Shown: positions 29,501-46,853 of the stretch, piece by piece
How positions within the stretch are numbered: the first letter of the stretch is position 1
Layout of the letters: every line of letters begins with the position of its first letter
Assembly: GCA_963693365.1 (NCBI GenBank)
Contig: CAVNZM010000002.1
Coordinates: 14,727,615 to 14,791,614, forward strand
DNA from: Amoebidium appalachense
Lineage: Eukaryota; Protista; Ichthyosporea
Length of the DNA stretch: 64,000 nucleotides
Direction of reading: 5' to 3'
Notes under the pieces: generated by a model
Database searches by the model: none
What the model saw: the letters and a program-made list of their open reading frames with translations, nothing else
What the model was told of the DNA's origin: nothing
Made by a program: the position numbers and the translations under genes

Positions 29501-30305
29501 GTCGAACAGATGATGTAGGCGAAAGTCTGGTCGTTGGGTAGGGGTGGTGGTATCGATAGGTGGCCCCTTGGGTGGCCTTGGTTGCTTCGGTAGTGTCGGT
29601 TTGCCGGCTACAGCAGCAGGGCTTGGGCTTGGACTCTTCGGGGTAGTGGCGGTAAGCGAGGGGGGGGGGTTGGCATTTTTCGTAGCTCCCGGGTACGCTG
29701 TTCTAGGGCCGTTAGGTGGGAGAGGACCACTTTACGGGTTTGGTTGAACTAGGAAGTTGTTGCGGTTGTAGCCTACGGTAGGCATCCGGTTTCTTGAAGG
29801 GTTGAGTTGGGCAGGGTAGTGGGTTTTGCGAAAAAACGTGTAGCTCTGGGTCTAGTGGGCCTGTTGAAACGGCGTTTTCGCGGCGTTGTGTGGCTTGAAA
29901 GTGGCTACTGCGGAAAACTAGCTAGAGCCCACTGCATGTGAGTCGTTCTACGGTGGGGAGCGCGGCGCAAGAGGGTTTCCACGTGTTTTTTCATTTTGGG
30001 GGGCAAGTTTTCACGTTGGGGAGGGCGCCTCTGAGTATAATTTGGCTGTGTCCGAGTCTGATTGGTTAAACTAATGAGCATGTGCATATCTAAGGCTTGC
30101 AATTGGTTGTGCGACCTCGCGGCCCGTGATCAATCACGGGCCGCTTTGGCCGATTTCCAGTAAAAGTGATGTGAACGATAGCCTGGTCGGGTGGGTGGAA
30201 GTGAGTATGTGACTGTTCACCATGAACTTCAGGGGAGGTGTGTGTGTGTGGGGGGGGGGGGGGGAGGGGGGAGGGGGAAGGGGGGGGGGGGGGGGGGGGG
30301 GGAAG

Positions 30306-31070
30306 TGTTGGACATTGTGTTCATAGAAGCTAGTTCTAGTGCACGTTGTTCCTTCTGTAAGTCAGAAATGATTGCATCTTGTGAGGCCAACCTCTGCTCC
30401 AGTAGTTGGACTAGTTGCTGCAACTGTAAGTTGTCAGACATAGTGTCGTGTATGATGGGCAACTAGTCTATGTGTTTTGTGCACTGAAAACGACAGTAGA
30501 AAAGTGTAAATCAAACGTTCTGCTTCCCATGTTTGTGACATGGGAGGCACTGCTTTATATAGTCGTTGGCCACCTCATGGTGGCCTCGTGTGCACCCTGG
30601 TGGTGGGCCATGTACAGCATGGCCGAAAAGAGAGCACAATGAAAACATGTCGTTAAAGATATAAAAGTTAACTGTGCACGTTGAGTGGCTAGTTAACTTG
30701 CACTGAAGCACACAAATAAACGTGTTTAACACACCAATTGCAGTTAAACGTAAATCTTACTTCACACAACTAAAAATATTCTGAGAATATCCGGGAATAA
30801 AGCACACTACCACTCTAAGAATAGAATCCTGTGGCAAATATAGACATGACATCATCTGAACCGGGAATATTAATTAATGAGCACAATTAGCACGTTGCTA
30901 GTGAAGCTCGTCACTGGTACAGTTTTGGCTCAAACATATAACTACCATATATGAATATGACCGTAAACAAAAGCTCTATGCACTCGAGTGAGTGTTGAAA
31001 CAATTATTCAATTGCTCAGAAACTTTCTCTAACAGACATTGCTAGCCGGGAGTACCAGTGTACTCCAACA
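30306..31070 (-). repeat. 3' LTR of the copia element
   Basis: 765-bp direct repeat of 35417-36181, about 4 substitutions seen by eye. Confidence 0.95.
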
Positions 31071-31083
31071 CCCCTACTCAATT
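31071..31083 (-). promoter_or_regulatory. Polypurine tract abutting the 3' LTR (AATTGAGTAGGGG)
   Basis: Purine-rich run directly before the TGTTGG of the 3' LTR on the minus strand; duplicated at 31157-31169. Confidence 0.6.
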
Positions 31084-31255
31084 GGATAATTGTGGTATGA
31101 ATTAATGCAACTGAGCTCGAGTGCTTCAGGTGCACAAAATACAGACAATAAGGATTCCCCTACTCAATTTTAGTATGGTACACGTAGTTGCACAGTCGGA
31201 TGCAACTCTCTCCCCCCCCTGAAGTATGAGGGCGCAGTTGGTTGATGACGGGTGC

Positions 31256-34200
31256 TCAGCACATGTTGAGCATCCCCACGGCCGTGGTGAAGAAAGAGGC
31301 AGACAGGGCCTTGGTGAACATGTCGGCCTTGTTGTCAGCAGAAGCCACCGGGACCACAGTGATGTTGCCCAGCAGGTGATGTTCCTTGACGGAGCAGTAG
31401 CGGACGTCGATGTGCTTGGTCTTGGGCTTAACCCCCAGGGTGTCCAGCAGGGCCCGGGCAGACTCATTGTCCCCATGGATGGGCACCGGGGTGGGCTCAT
31501 CGATAGGATTAAGGCCCAGGTCGTCCATTACATAGTTGAGCCATAGGGCCTCGTTCGTAGCAGCAGACATGGCCACAAATTCAGCCTCAGTGGAGCTGTG
31601 GGTGGTGATGGACTGGAGCCGAGACACCCAGGACACAGGGGAGGAGTTGATGAAGAAGACATAGCCCGTGGTGGAGCGCCGGGTGTCGCGGTCCTCGGCG
31701 TAGTCGGAGTCGGAGTAGCCAACAAGGGTGGGGGGGCCGGGACGGTAGACAATACCCAGGTCGATGGTGGCCAGCAGGTAGCTTACAACTCTGGTAGCCA
31801 TAGTCCAGTGGGTGACGGTGGGCGCATGAATGTGTCGAGTAAGGACTCCCAGAGCCTGGGAAATGTCGGGGCGGGTGGTACGCGCAATCCACAGCAGGGC
31901 ACCGACCAGGCTGGCATAGTCCTCCTTCTTGCTGTAGGCTGGGGTCTTGTTGCTTTCACTGGCCTGGCCCGGGACGATGGGGGTCTTGGTGCCGGACATG
32001 TGGGTGAGACGAAAACGGGCAGCCAAGTCGATGATGTGTTGACGATGGCCCAGACGCAGAGACCCGTCCTCCAGCCAGGTAAGAGTGTGCCCGATGAGCA
32101 GGGTAGGACGACCCAGGTCCTTGGCAGAGAAACGAGCATCCAGCTTGGTGAAAAAATCGTCGATGAGCGCATCAGTGGCGGCCGTCACGGTGAAGTCATC
32201 CACGTAGGCAGCAAGGGCAATAAACGTTGGGGTCCCGGCATTCTTGATGAACAGGCACGGGTCAGCAGCACTCACAATGAAGCCTTGGTCGAGGAGATGG
32301 TCACGGAGGGCCTCATACCACTGGCGCGGTGCCTGTTTTAGGCCGTAGAGCGCCTTGTGGAGCAAGCCGACAGCATGGGGGGCCGAGGGGTTGACGAAGC
32401 CAGGGGGCTGCTCAATGTAGATGGTCTCGTTGACGGTGCCGTTGAGGAATGCTGTGTTGACGTCGATGTGGCGCAGAGGCAGACCTTGGGCCACGGAGGT
32501 AGCCAAAACCAGCCGGATGGTAGCCAGCGCAGCCACAGGTGACTCGGTGACGAAATAGTCCTGGCCAGGCTGCTGGTAGTTGCCTCGGGCCACAAGCCGG
32601 GCCTTGAAAGCAGTGACGTTGCCGACGTTGTCCTGCTTGACCGTAAAGACCCAGCCGACCGGAATGACAGTGGAGCCATCCTCTGGACGGGGCACAAGGG
32701 TGAAGGTGCCGTTGTCTTCCAGGGCCTTGAGCTCACGGTGTGCAGCCTCCTCCCATTTCAGACGCTGGGGACTCTTGAGTGCAGCCCGGACAGTCTTGGG
32801 GACAACAATGGTGGAAGCCTTGATGGGTGTTGATGCAGGAGCCGTAGCCTGGGGGGCAAGGGGGGCCGTAGCAGCAGCCACGTTGGCAGTCGGGCCTCGA
32901 CGTTGGTCGTTGTACACAGCGCCACTACGGGTCGTCCGGGGGAGCCGATGTGCAGGCTCGGGCAGGATCGGAATGTCCAATTGATCACTCGGCGCTGTCC
33001 CATTGGCTGACAGACGAGACGAATCAGATTGCTGATCATTCCGGACGATGTGATTGGCTGGCTGATGTGACGAATCAGATGACTCCAAAAAATGATGAAT
33101 TGCCGGTGCGGTCGACCAATCAGATGGGACATCACGGAGGGGGTGCAGAATAGCAGCCTCGTCGAACTGCACGTCACGGCTGACGGTCATCTTGTGTGCT
33201 GCTGGAATCCAGACCTTGTAGCCCTTGATGTTAGGAGGGTAGCCCACGAAGATACCCTTGACGGCACGAGGCGCCAGTTTCGGTGTATCCTGTTGATGGA
33301 CGTAGCAGGGAGAGCCCCAGACACGGAGCCGGCTGTAGTCGGGAGGAATGCCGGTCCACAGCAGGGCGGGAGACGATTGGCTGCCGGTGGCTCGCGACGG
33401 GAGCATGTTGCGTATAAAAGCCGCGGTCACAGCTGCCTCGGCCCAGAATCCCACCGGAAGGCCGGACTGCTGCAGGAGTGCCCGAACCATGTCGAGGAGG
33501 GTCCGGTTCAGTCGTTCGGCAGTCCCATTCTGTTGAGGAGAGCCGGTGGTAGTGATCTGATGGCGAATGCCGTGCTCACGGTTGTAGTCCCCGAAGGCCG
33601 TGCCCATGTACTCGCCCCCCCGTCGGACTGAAACACCTGCATGGGAACACCGTGTTGGGCAACCGCCGCCTTGTGGTACGTCACATATGCAGCCAGTGTG
33701 TCCGACTTCTTGACGAGGGGCACGGCCGTGGTGTGGCCGGTAAATTCGTCGTGGAACGTCGCCAAGTACTGAGCACCACCGATCGCGGGAGGGAAGGGGC
33801 CGCTGATGTCGCTGTGAACCTTGGCTAGGACCCGGGGAGCTTGGCTGGTTGATTCGGAGAAGGCAACACGGTGGGCTTTGCCGAGGGCATAGGGCTCACA
33901 CACACCCGGAGACTTGGCACCGCCACCCACCAACAGGCCTGCAGACTTGATGACCGAGCGTACAGCGTCAATGCCAGCATGGCCCAGACGGTAGTGCCAC
34001 GTGTTGAGGTCGGCAGTAACCTTGAGGATACGCGGAGCAGTGGTGGTTTGGGCGTCCGGGGTTGTGTCCGCGCGCAGAAGAGACACCGCCATGTGGTACA
34101 GCTTGGTGCCGACAGCCGAGCCGGTGGCCAGAATTTGATCGCCGTAGCACAACTTAACGCCGCCGCGGGTGTCAAAGCGGGGTAAAACGCCGTTGGTAGA

Positions 34201-35552
34201 TGCCGTGAACACACTGATGAGAGTGTCGGGGATGGAGGGCACGTAGAGTACATCCGTCAGCTGATGCACCGCAGTAACGCCGTCGATGGTGCTGGAAAAA
34301 ACACGTCGCCCACCCCAAGCACTGCACATGCACCCTTGTCGGCTACTTGGACCGTGGAGTAAGGCGCCGCACGCATGTTGACGAACACATCGGGCCGGGG
34401 GCACACATGGTCAGTGGCTCCAGAGTCGAGGAGCACCTTGTTGGTGCCACAGTCGTTGCTAGACATGAGGAAAGCCCGGGGAGCGGCAGCCCCCCCCTTG
34501 CACTGTGCCGTAGTGTGGGTAGTAGAGGCAGGGTGGTTGATGCAGGACCCAGGCGGGAGGGGACCACCCTTAGGCTTGCGGCCGTTGGCACGGTTGCCCC
34601 CCTTGCACATGGCGGTAGTGTGACTGGTAGACAGTGGGTGGTTGACGCAGGAACCCTTGGGGTAGGTGCTGGCACGGTTGTTGCCAGAGTTGCTGTGTTG
34701 GCCGTTGCCGTTGGGGCACTGAGACTTGATGTGGCCTGGTTTGCCGCAGCCGTGGCAGATGACAGGTTGAGGAGCCCGTGTGGTGAAGGCGGCCGGCCCG
34801 GAGCTGGTAGTCACACGTGCACGTGGGTGGCTGGTCTCATATGCCCGTAGCTGTTGGAGGAGGCCCATCACGGTAGGCTTGGGTGTCATCTTGTAGGTAA
34901 TGACAGGCATTTCGTAGTAAGGCACCTTGCCGAGGTCGTTGGTAAGCTTGGTCAGCACTTGAGCATCACCAATTTGTGTGCCGTAATCGGCCAGGCGCCG
35001 CACGTAGCCGCGGAGCTTCATGGCGTATTTCGTCGCGGTGTCCGTAGGTTCAGGCGTAGAATTCATGTACAGCCCGATAAGGTCGTACTGATTGGCCTCA
35101 GATTGCTCCAGGTAGTGGGCAGATAGGGCCGACCATATCTCCGCAGGTGTGGTGGTGCGTGTTAACCCTAGGATACAACGCACGTCAACCGAGAGTGCTT
35201 GCCACAGGTAGGAACGGGCAGTGTCGACCTGTTCACGGGTAGCCGGGTGCTCCGTACTGGGCGCGATGGTGTGGAGAAGACCAGCACCAGAAAGCTGGAC
35301 ATACATGGTTTCGGCCCATGTGTGGTAGTCCGTGCCTGAATCATTATCAATGCCAGTGAAGAGAGGGATGTCGACCTTGAACTTGATGGAATCATTACGT
35401 GAGGGGCCCATAACCCTGTTGGACATTGTGTTCATAGAAGCTAGTTCTAGTGCACGTTGTTCCTTCTGTAAGTCAGAAATGATTGCATCTTGTGAGGCCA
35501 ACCTCTGCTCCAGTAGTTGGACTAGTTGCTGCAACTGTAAGTTGTCAGACAT
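31256..35552 (-). CDS. Copia Gag-Pol polyprotein (two frameshifts in this assembly)
   Basis: Gag CCHC knuckle CHGCGKPGHIKSQC; protease LDSGATDH; integrase WHYRLGH, SDISGP, SDGG(G)EY, PQQNGTAERLNRTL; RT KARLVARG, LYGLKQAPRQW, YVDD; RNase H YSDSDY, SSTEAEF, KHIDVRY, ADMFTK. Frame breaks fall at the A run near 34296-34301 and the C run near 33615-33621. Confidence 0.92.
35403..35416 (-). promoter_or_regulatory. Primer binding site GGTTATGGGCCC (half-tRNA-iMet type)
   Basis: Immediately 3' of the 5' LTR; same core as the Drosophila copia PBS, which is complementary to the anticodon stem-loop of initiator tRNA-Met. Confidence 0.85.
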
Positions 35553-36181
35553 AGTGTCGTGTATGATGGGCAACTAGTCTATGTGTTTTGTGCACTGAAA
35601 ACGACAGTAGAAAATTGTAAATCAAACGTTCTGCTTCCCATGTTTGTGACATGGGAGGCACTGCTTTATATAGTCGTTGGCCACCTCATGGTGGCCTCGT
35701 GTGCACCCTGGTGGTGGGCCATGTACAGCATGGCCGAAAAGAGAGCACAATGAAAACAAGTCGTTAAAGATATAAAAGTTAACTGTGCACGTTGAGTGGC
35801 TAGTTAACTTGCACTAAAGCACACAAATAAACGTGTTTAACACACCAATTGCAGTTAAACGTAAGTCTTACTTCACACAACTAAAAATATTCTGAGAATA
35901 TCCGGGAATAAAGCACACTACCACTCTAAGAATAGAATCCTGTGGCAAATATAGACATGACATCATCTGAACCGGGAATATTAATTAATGAGCACAATTA
36001 GCACGTTGCTAGTGAAGCTCGTCACTGGTACAGTTTTGGCTCAAACATATAACTACCATATATGAATATGACCGTAAACAAAAGCTCTATGCACTCGAGT
36101 GAGTGTTGAAACAATTATTCAATTGCTCAGAAACTTTCTCTAACAGACATTGCTAGCCGGGAGTACCAGTGTACTCCAACA
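35417..36181 (-). repeat. 5' LTR of the copia element (contains the Gag start codon)
   Basis: 765-bp direct repeat; the Gag ATG at 35552 lies inside it. Confidence 0.95.
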
Positions 36182-37236
36182 GGAAGGGGGGGGGGGGGGG
36201 GGGGGGGGGGGGATGATGGTCACCGTTGATGTTTTATTCCTCCCTTTTTTTTTGTGGGATCGTGGTGCTAGGTTTAAGCCTTAGAGAATCCGGGGTTCAA
36301 CTGTACGAAGAGGTAGCACACGTGATCTGAGGCTGGGGATTTACGATTAGTTTGTAAACGTTTTTTCTTTGCAGGAGCATTGGACAGCACCGAAGAAAGA
36401 GTAACAGGACTCCATGTGCGAGATATGCAGGTGATAGTGACCGTGATAATTCGGTGATGTACGTATGCTGGTATACGATTTGCAGTTTAGGTTTTTGTTG
36501 GTGATAGTATGTAGAGGAATGTGTTCCTGCATATGTAGACGTTTTGATTGGATTATAGTCATGAGGCGATCCTGCCCACGATAGTTTTTGCATGCCGATG
36601 CTTTGGTTTAGAGCCTTTTGGCTGCTGTGTGCGTCTCATCACTGCACAGAGTCTCTATCTATCGGGCACCGGCGGCCAATGCCATTGGTGCATGGAGGCC
36701 CCGCTAATTGAACTGACTGTCCTGGGGCCCCGGCCGGGCAGCACGTCCATCCAATTAAATCGGTGCATGGAGGCCCCGCAATTTTGAACAACGAATGATC
36801 GGATGGCTGTTTTCAAGCCGTTGAGTACCCGTGTGCCGCTTTTAAAGCCAACACAGGTTTAATTCGCTAAAGTTAAAGCCCAATTAGTAAATGTCACAGT
36901 TTCTTGACACGTGCAAGCTGATCGCTTTTCCCGATGTGATTTCCCATATGAGTCCCGATTGTTCTTCCAGTGACCTTTTCTATCACTATTCAGACGATTC
37001 TCCAATGTTATAACAGAAAACGGTTTATATACCCAGACGGCCAGATGGCCAGATCAAAATTAGTGTGTGAAAAAGGGTGGATAAACACCTGGAGCTAAAA
37101 ACATCTGGCCATCTCGCCATTTGGCCTTCTAGCAAATCACTAGCATTTAAGGCATTCACTGCCACCACTGGGGGGCCTGGTTCCGGCAGGACAGGAGGGC
37201 GGCGGGCATGTGAGGCACACGTGCATGTGTGTGTAG

Positions 37237-37735
37237 TGTGTGTGCACGTGTCATGGAAAGACACTGCGCCCGGGGCATGATTCCGGGGGGGGAGGCACGC
37301 ACGGCACACGTGGCACACACAGCACGCATGGCACGGCGAGACTGGCATGCCCCTCACAGTGTCTGCCAGTGGATCGAGTGGAATCTTGCTATCACATGGG
37401 GAGGGGGTGGGGGTGTGTGCACGTGACTGAGAGACACTACGCCCGGGGAGTGGTTCCGGCGGGCCGGCGAGCCAGACGTGGGGCACGTGGCACACACAGC
37501 ACGCACGGCACGGCGAGACTGGCATGCCCCTCACAGTGTCTGGATCGAGTGGAGTCTCGCTATCACGTGGGGGGGTGTGTGCACGTGACTGAGAGACACT
37601 GCGCCCGGGGGGGTGGTTCCGGCGGGGCGGGAGGCACGCACGGCATGCACGGCACGCATGGCACACGTGGCACGGCGAGACTGGCATGTCCCTCACAGTG
37701 TCTGGATCGAGTGGAGTCTTGCTATCACATGGGGG
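37237..37735. repeat. Three tandem GC-rich repeats of about 165-175 bp
   Basis: Unit gtgtgtgcacgtg...gacact(g/a)cgcccgggg...ggcacggcgagactggcatg..cctcacagtgtctg..gatcgagtgga.tct.gctatcac; partial fourth copy near 38186-38217. Confidence 0.85.
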
Positions 37736-37774
37736 GTGGGGGGGTGTGGGGGGAGGGGGGGGAGGGGGGGGGCG

Positions 37775-38900
37775 TGTCTTTTTGTGTGTGTTTTGCTAAG
37801 TGTTGTGCTTTTGTGTTGTGTTTTTGTGTTGTGTGTGTGTCTTTTTGTGTGTGTGGGGTGGTGTGCTTTTGTGCCGTGCTAGGTGTTGTGCTTTTGTGGC
37901 TTTTGTGTTGTGTTTTTGTGTTGTGTGTGTGTCTTTTTGTGTGTGTGGGGTGGTGTGCTTTTGTGCCGTGCTAGGTGTTGTGCTTTTGTGTTGTGTTTTT
38001 GTGTTGTGCTTTTGTGTTGTGTTTTTGTGTTGTGCTTTTGTGCCGTGCTAAGTATTGTGTGTGTGGGGTGGTGTGCTTTTGTGCCGTGCTAGGTGTTGTG
38101 CTTTTGTGTTGTGTTTTTGTGTGTTTTTGTGCCGTGCTAAGTGTGGGGTGTGTGTGTGTGGAGGGGGGGGGGGGGGGGGGGGGGGGTGTCTGGATCGAGT
38201 GGAGTCTTGCTGTCACAGGGGGGGGGGGGGGGGGGGGGGGGGCCGTGCTAAGTGTTGTGCTTTTATGTTGTGTTTTTGTGTTGTGTTCTTGTGTTGTGTT
38301 TTTGTGTTGTGTTTTTGTGTGCTTTTGTGCCGTGCTAGGTGTTGTGCTTTTGTGTTGTGTTTTTGTGTGTTTTTGTGCCGTGCTAGGTGTACAATTGTGC
38401 TTTTGTACCGTGCTAGGTGTTGTGTTTTTGTGTTGTGTTTTTGTGTTGTGTTGTTGCGTTGTGTTTTTGTGTTGTGTTTTTGTGTGTGCTTTTGTGCCGT
38501 GCTAGGTGTTGTGTGTGTGGGGTGGTGTGCTTTTGTGCCGTGCTAGGTTTTGTGTTTTTGTGTTGTGTTTTTGTGTGTTTTTGTGTTGTGTTTTTGTGTG
38601 CTTTTGTGTTGTGTTTTTGTGCCGTGCTAGGTGTTGTGCTTTTGTGTTGTGCTTTTGTGTTGTGTTTTTCTGTGTTTTTGTGCCGTGCTAGGTGTTGTGT
38701 GTGTGTCTTAATGTGTGCTTTTGTGCCGTGCTAAGTGTTGTGTGTGTTGAACTTGTGTTTTTGTGTGTTTTTGTGTTGTGTTTTCGTGTGTACTTGTTTG
38801 TGTTTTTGTGTGCTTTTGTGTTGTGTTTTTGTGCCGTGCTAGGTGTTGTGCATTTGGGTTGTGTTTTTGTGTTGTGTTTTTGTGCCGTGCTAGGTGTGCT
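37775..38900. repeat. Satellite of TTTGTGCCGTGCTA(G/A)GTGTTGTG units with variable T/G-rich spacers
   Basis: More than 15 copies of gtgccgtgctaggtg / gtgccgtgctaagt are visible. Confidence 0.9.
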
Positions 38901-39781
38901 TCCGTGTGCACAGATATCGTTGATCTGTGTACACACCGAGCTACTTGGCCCACGTACATGTAATGTTGATTGCGTCTCTACTAGATTTACATGGTGCATT
39001 CGTGTCCGATAGTTGTCCAATCAGATCTCGTTTAATTTCCCCAAATATAGAAACCTACATTCCTCTTTATTCAACTCGATTCCTTTCCCATTCCATTCCT
39101 TTCTATCCTCATTCCTTTTTCTTCTTTTCCCACAACGTAGAATTGCTCTATGTTCCCCAGCTATTAGGAATACTTATATTTAGATATGTTTATGTTAGGA
39201 ACATGTATAAATATATGATGCCAGTGAACTAATAGACATATATGTGGTTTCATTTATTTAGCTTTAGTAAATCTTTCCGTGCCATTAGAAGATTACGATT
39301 TATCTTCTATGTGTCGACAGGTATTTCGATTTATTTGCCCTCATAGTTTTCGTTCTTTTGATTGGCTTAGCCTTTGTCGGCTCCACATATCTGCGTATAA
39401 AAAGGATTTCATCTTGAAATAAATATCAAGCAGTACATTTCAAGTCTTTTCAGAAACCGTTCCCCCTCTACGGCTGTGTTCTTCCAGTGTGTCTGTGTGT
39501 TGTGTATATCATAACACCCATCTGTGCACTCTGCTTCTCCGTTTACCCACACAAAACAACAGGGAGAGGAGAGGGAGAGGGAGAGAGGGAGGGAGGGAGG
39601 GAGGGAGGAGGGAGGGAGGGAGAGGGAGAGGGAGGGAGGGAGGGAGGGAGGGAGAGGGAGGGAGGGAGAGAGGGAGAGGGCGAGGGAGGGAGAGGGAGGG
39701 AGAAGGAGGGAGAGGGAGGGAGGGAGAGGGAGAGGGAGAGGGAGAGGGGGAGGGAGAAGGAGAGGGGAGAGAGGGAGGGAG

Positions 39782-39872
<91 letters not shown>

Positions 39873-39896
39873 GTGGGGGGGGGTGGGGGAAGAGAC

Positions 39897-39968
<72 letters not shown>

Positions 39969-40106
39969 ATGTATGTGTAGTACACTCGCCGCTAGCATGC
40001 TTGCAAAAAAAACAGATCTGCTCTCTATCACAATGAGCTTGGCTGGGTTGGGAAGCATCTCCCATGTGCATGTAACTTAAAAGTTCATGTAAACGACCTT
40101 AGGATT

Positions 40107-45650
<5,544 letters not shown>

Positions 45651-46853
45651 CTTGATTCTGAAGCTTGGTCGACGTCACGGAGCCCGATTCGAAAGTGCAC
45701 TGACGCGTGTTATGTTCTTTCGAGGTTTCGCCCCGGCCCAACACACCCACAAACGCACATGTACAAACACACACGCACGCACGCAATTGTAAACCCTTTC
45801 TCTCTTGTCCTCCTTTTCTCTCTCCCTCTCGTTCTTTCCCCCTCTCACAACTCTCGCTCAACTTTTTCTCCCTCTCCCTCGTGGTTGTTGACGCCGTCTC
45901 GGGCCCCTGCCTTTTCAAGTTCTTTTTCGGCAAAACATGGCCAACGTAGAGCAATTGTATTGGCTTCCAGGAAAAAGAAGCCACCGAATGTAATAACTTG
46001 CCGCCGGAGCACGGGGTGTAATTCAAAAGCAATTCAAAAGTATACAGCACTACAGCATGTGCCTTTCACTGATTTTATAATGACATCTAAAATTAGTTTA
46101 ACCTTGTAAATCAATACATATAATAGCATCCCTGGGTGTCCGTTGCACTGTTCAAGTTGCCGTTGTGTGGGTAATCTCTGCCGTTTTATTCGTGATTTAT
46201 CATGTTGTTGATATGTTGATGTTGCACAACTGCGAGATTTGCTTGTTCCGATTGGTCGATATTGCGCATCTTTTAGATTTTCTAAAGGATTATGATTGGT
46301 TAATAAAACCACCATCAAATGCTTAGGCTCAATGGCCAGAATCTTCGGAATGCGAAATAACGTCAACGGAATGTGGGTCAAAGATCCTTCATGCTCTCAA
46401 CTCCAGTCAACTTTCTGACATGTTCCTGTCACTTGCCACATTGCTATCACCGATAACGTATGCTTGCATGTAGATATAAGGCCAGATATATATATATTTA
46501 TTATGTTTTTCTAGTATACTCATTTTCGCTGAGTTACCTATGCACTCTCCGTCACGTCCTGAGTCACTCACTGACCTCAGAGCACGTCATCTCCGGATCG
46601 AATCTAGTAACCCACCAATCACTGCGAGGCGTGTTTGGGTTCAAATCGTATAAAAACCGGGGAACCCGTTCATTTTCATCACAGTTGTGCGCGGAGAGGC
46701 TTGCTGAACTAACGTGGTACTCGAGCCCTTCCCGCTGTATACATTTCAGAGCCATTTGCATAGTAGAAATTCCCTTTTTTATTTATTTATTACATCTATA
46801 ATATTTTTGCTGATGCACACACACGCACATAACTTTGCAAATACCTGTCAAAG

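Larger units (their letters stand above)
30306..36181 (-). mobile_element. Full-length Ty1/copia LTR retrotransposon
   Basis: Two 765-bp LTRs (35417-36181 is 5', 30306-31070 is 3') with TG...CA ends; 5-bp TSD GGAAG (30301-30305 / 36182-36186); PBS and PPT present; domain order Gag-PR-IN-RT-RH. Confidence 0.97.

Noticed and set aside
33615-34301. Programmed ribosomal frameshifting in the copia pol gene
   Set aside because: The breaks lie within the protease and integrase domains at homopolymer runs rather than at the gag/pol junction; error or decay is more likely.
31126-35753. Antisense and alternate-frame ORFs over the copia element
   Set aside because: Shadow ORFs of a GC-rich coding region with no recognisable motifs.
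37775-38900. CRISPR-like repeat-spacer array
   Set aside because: The spacers are low-complexity T/G variants of each other; this is a satellite.
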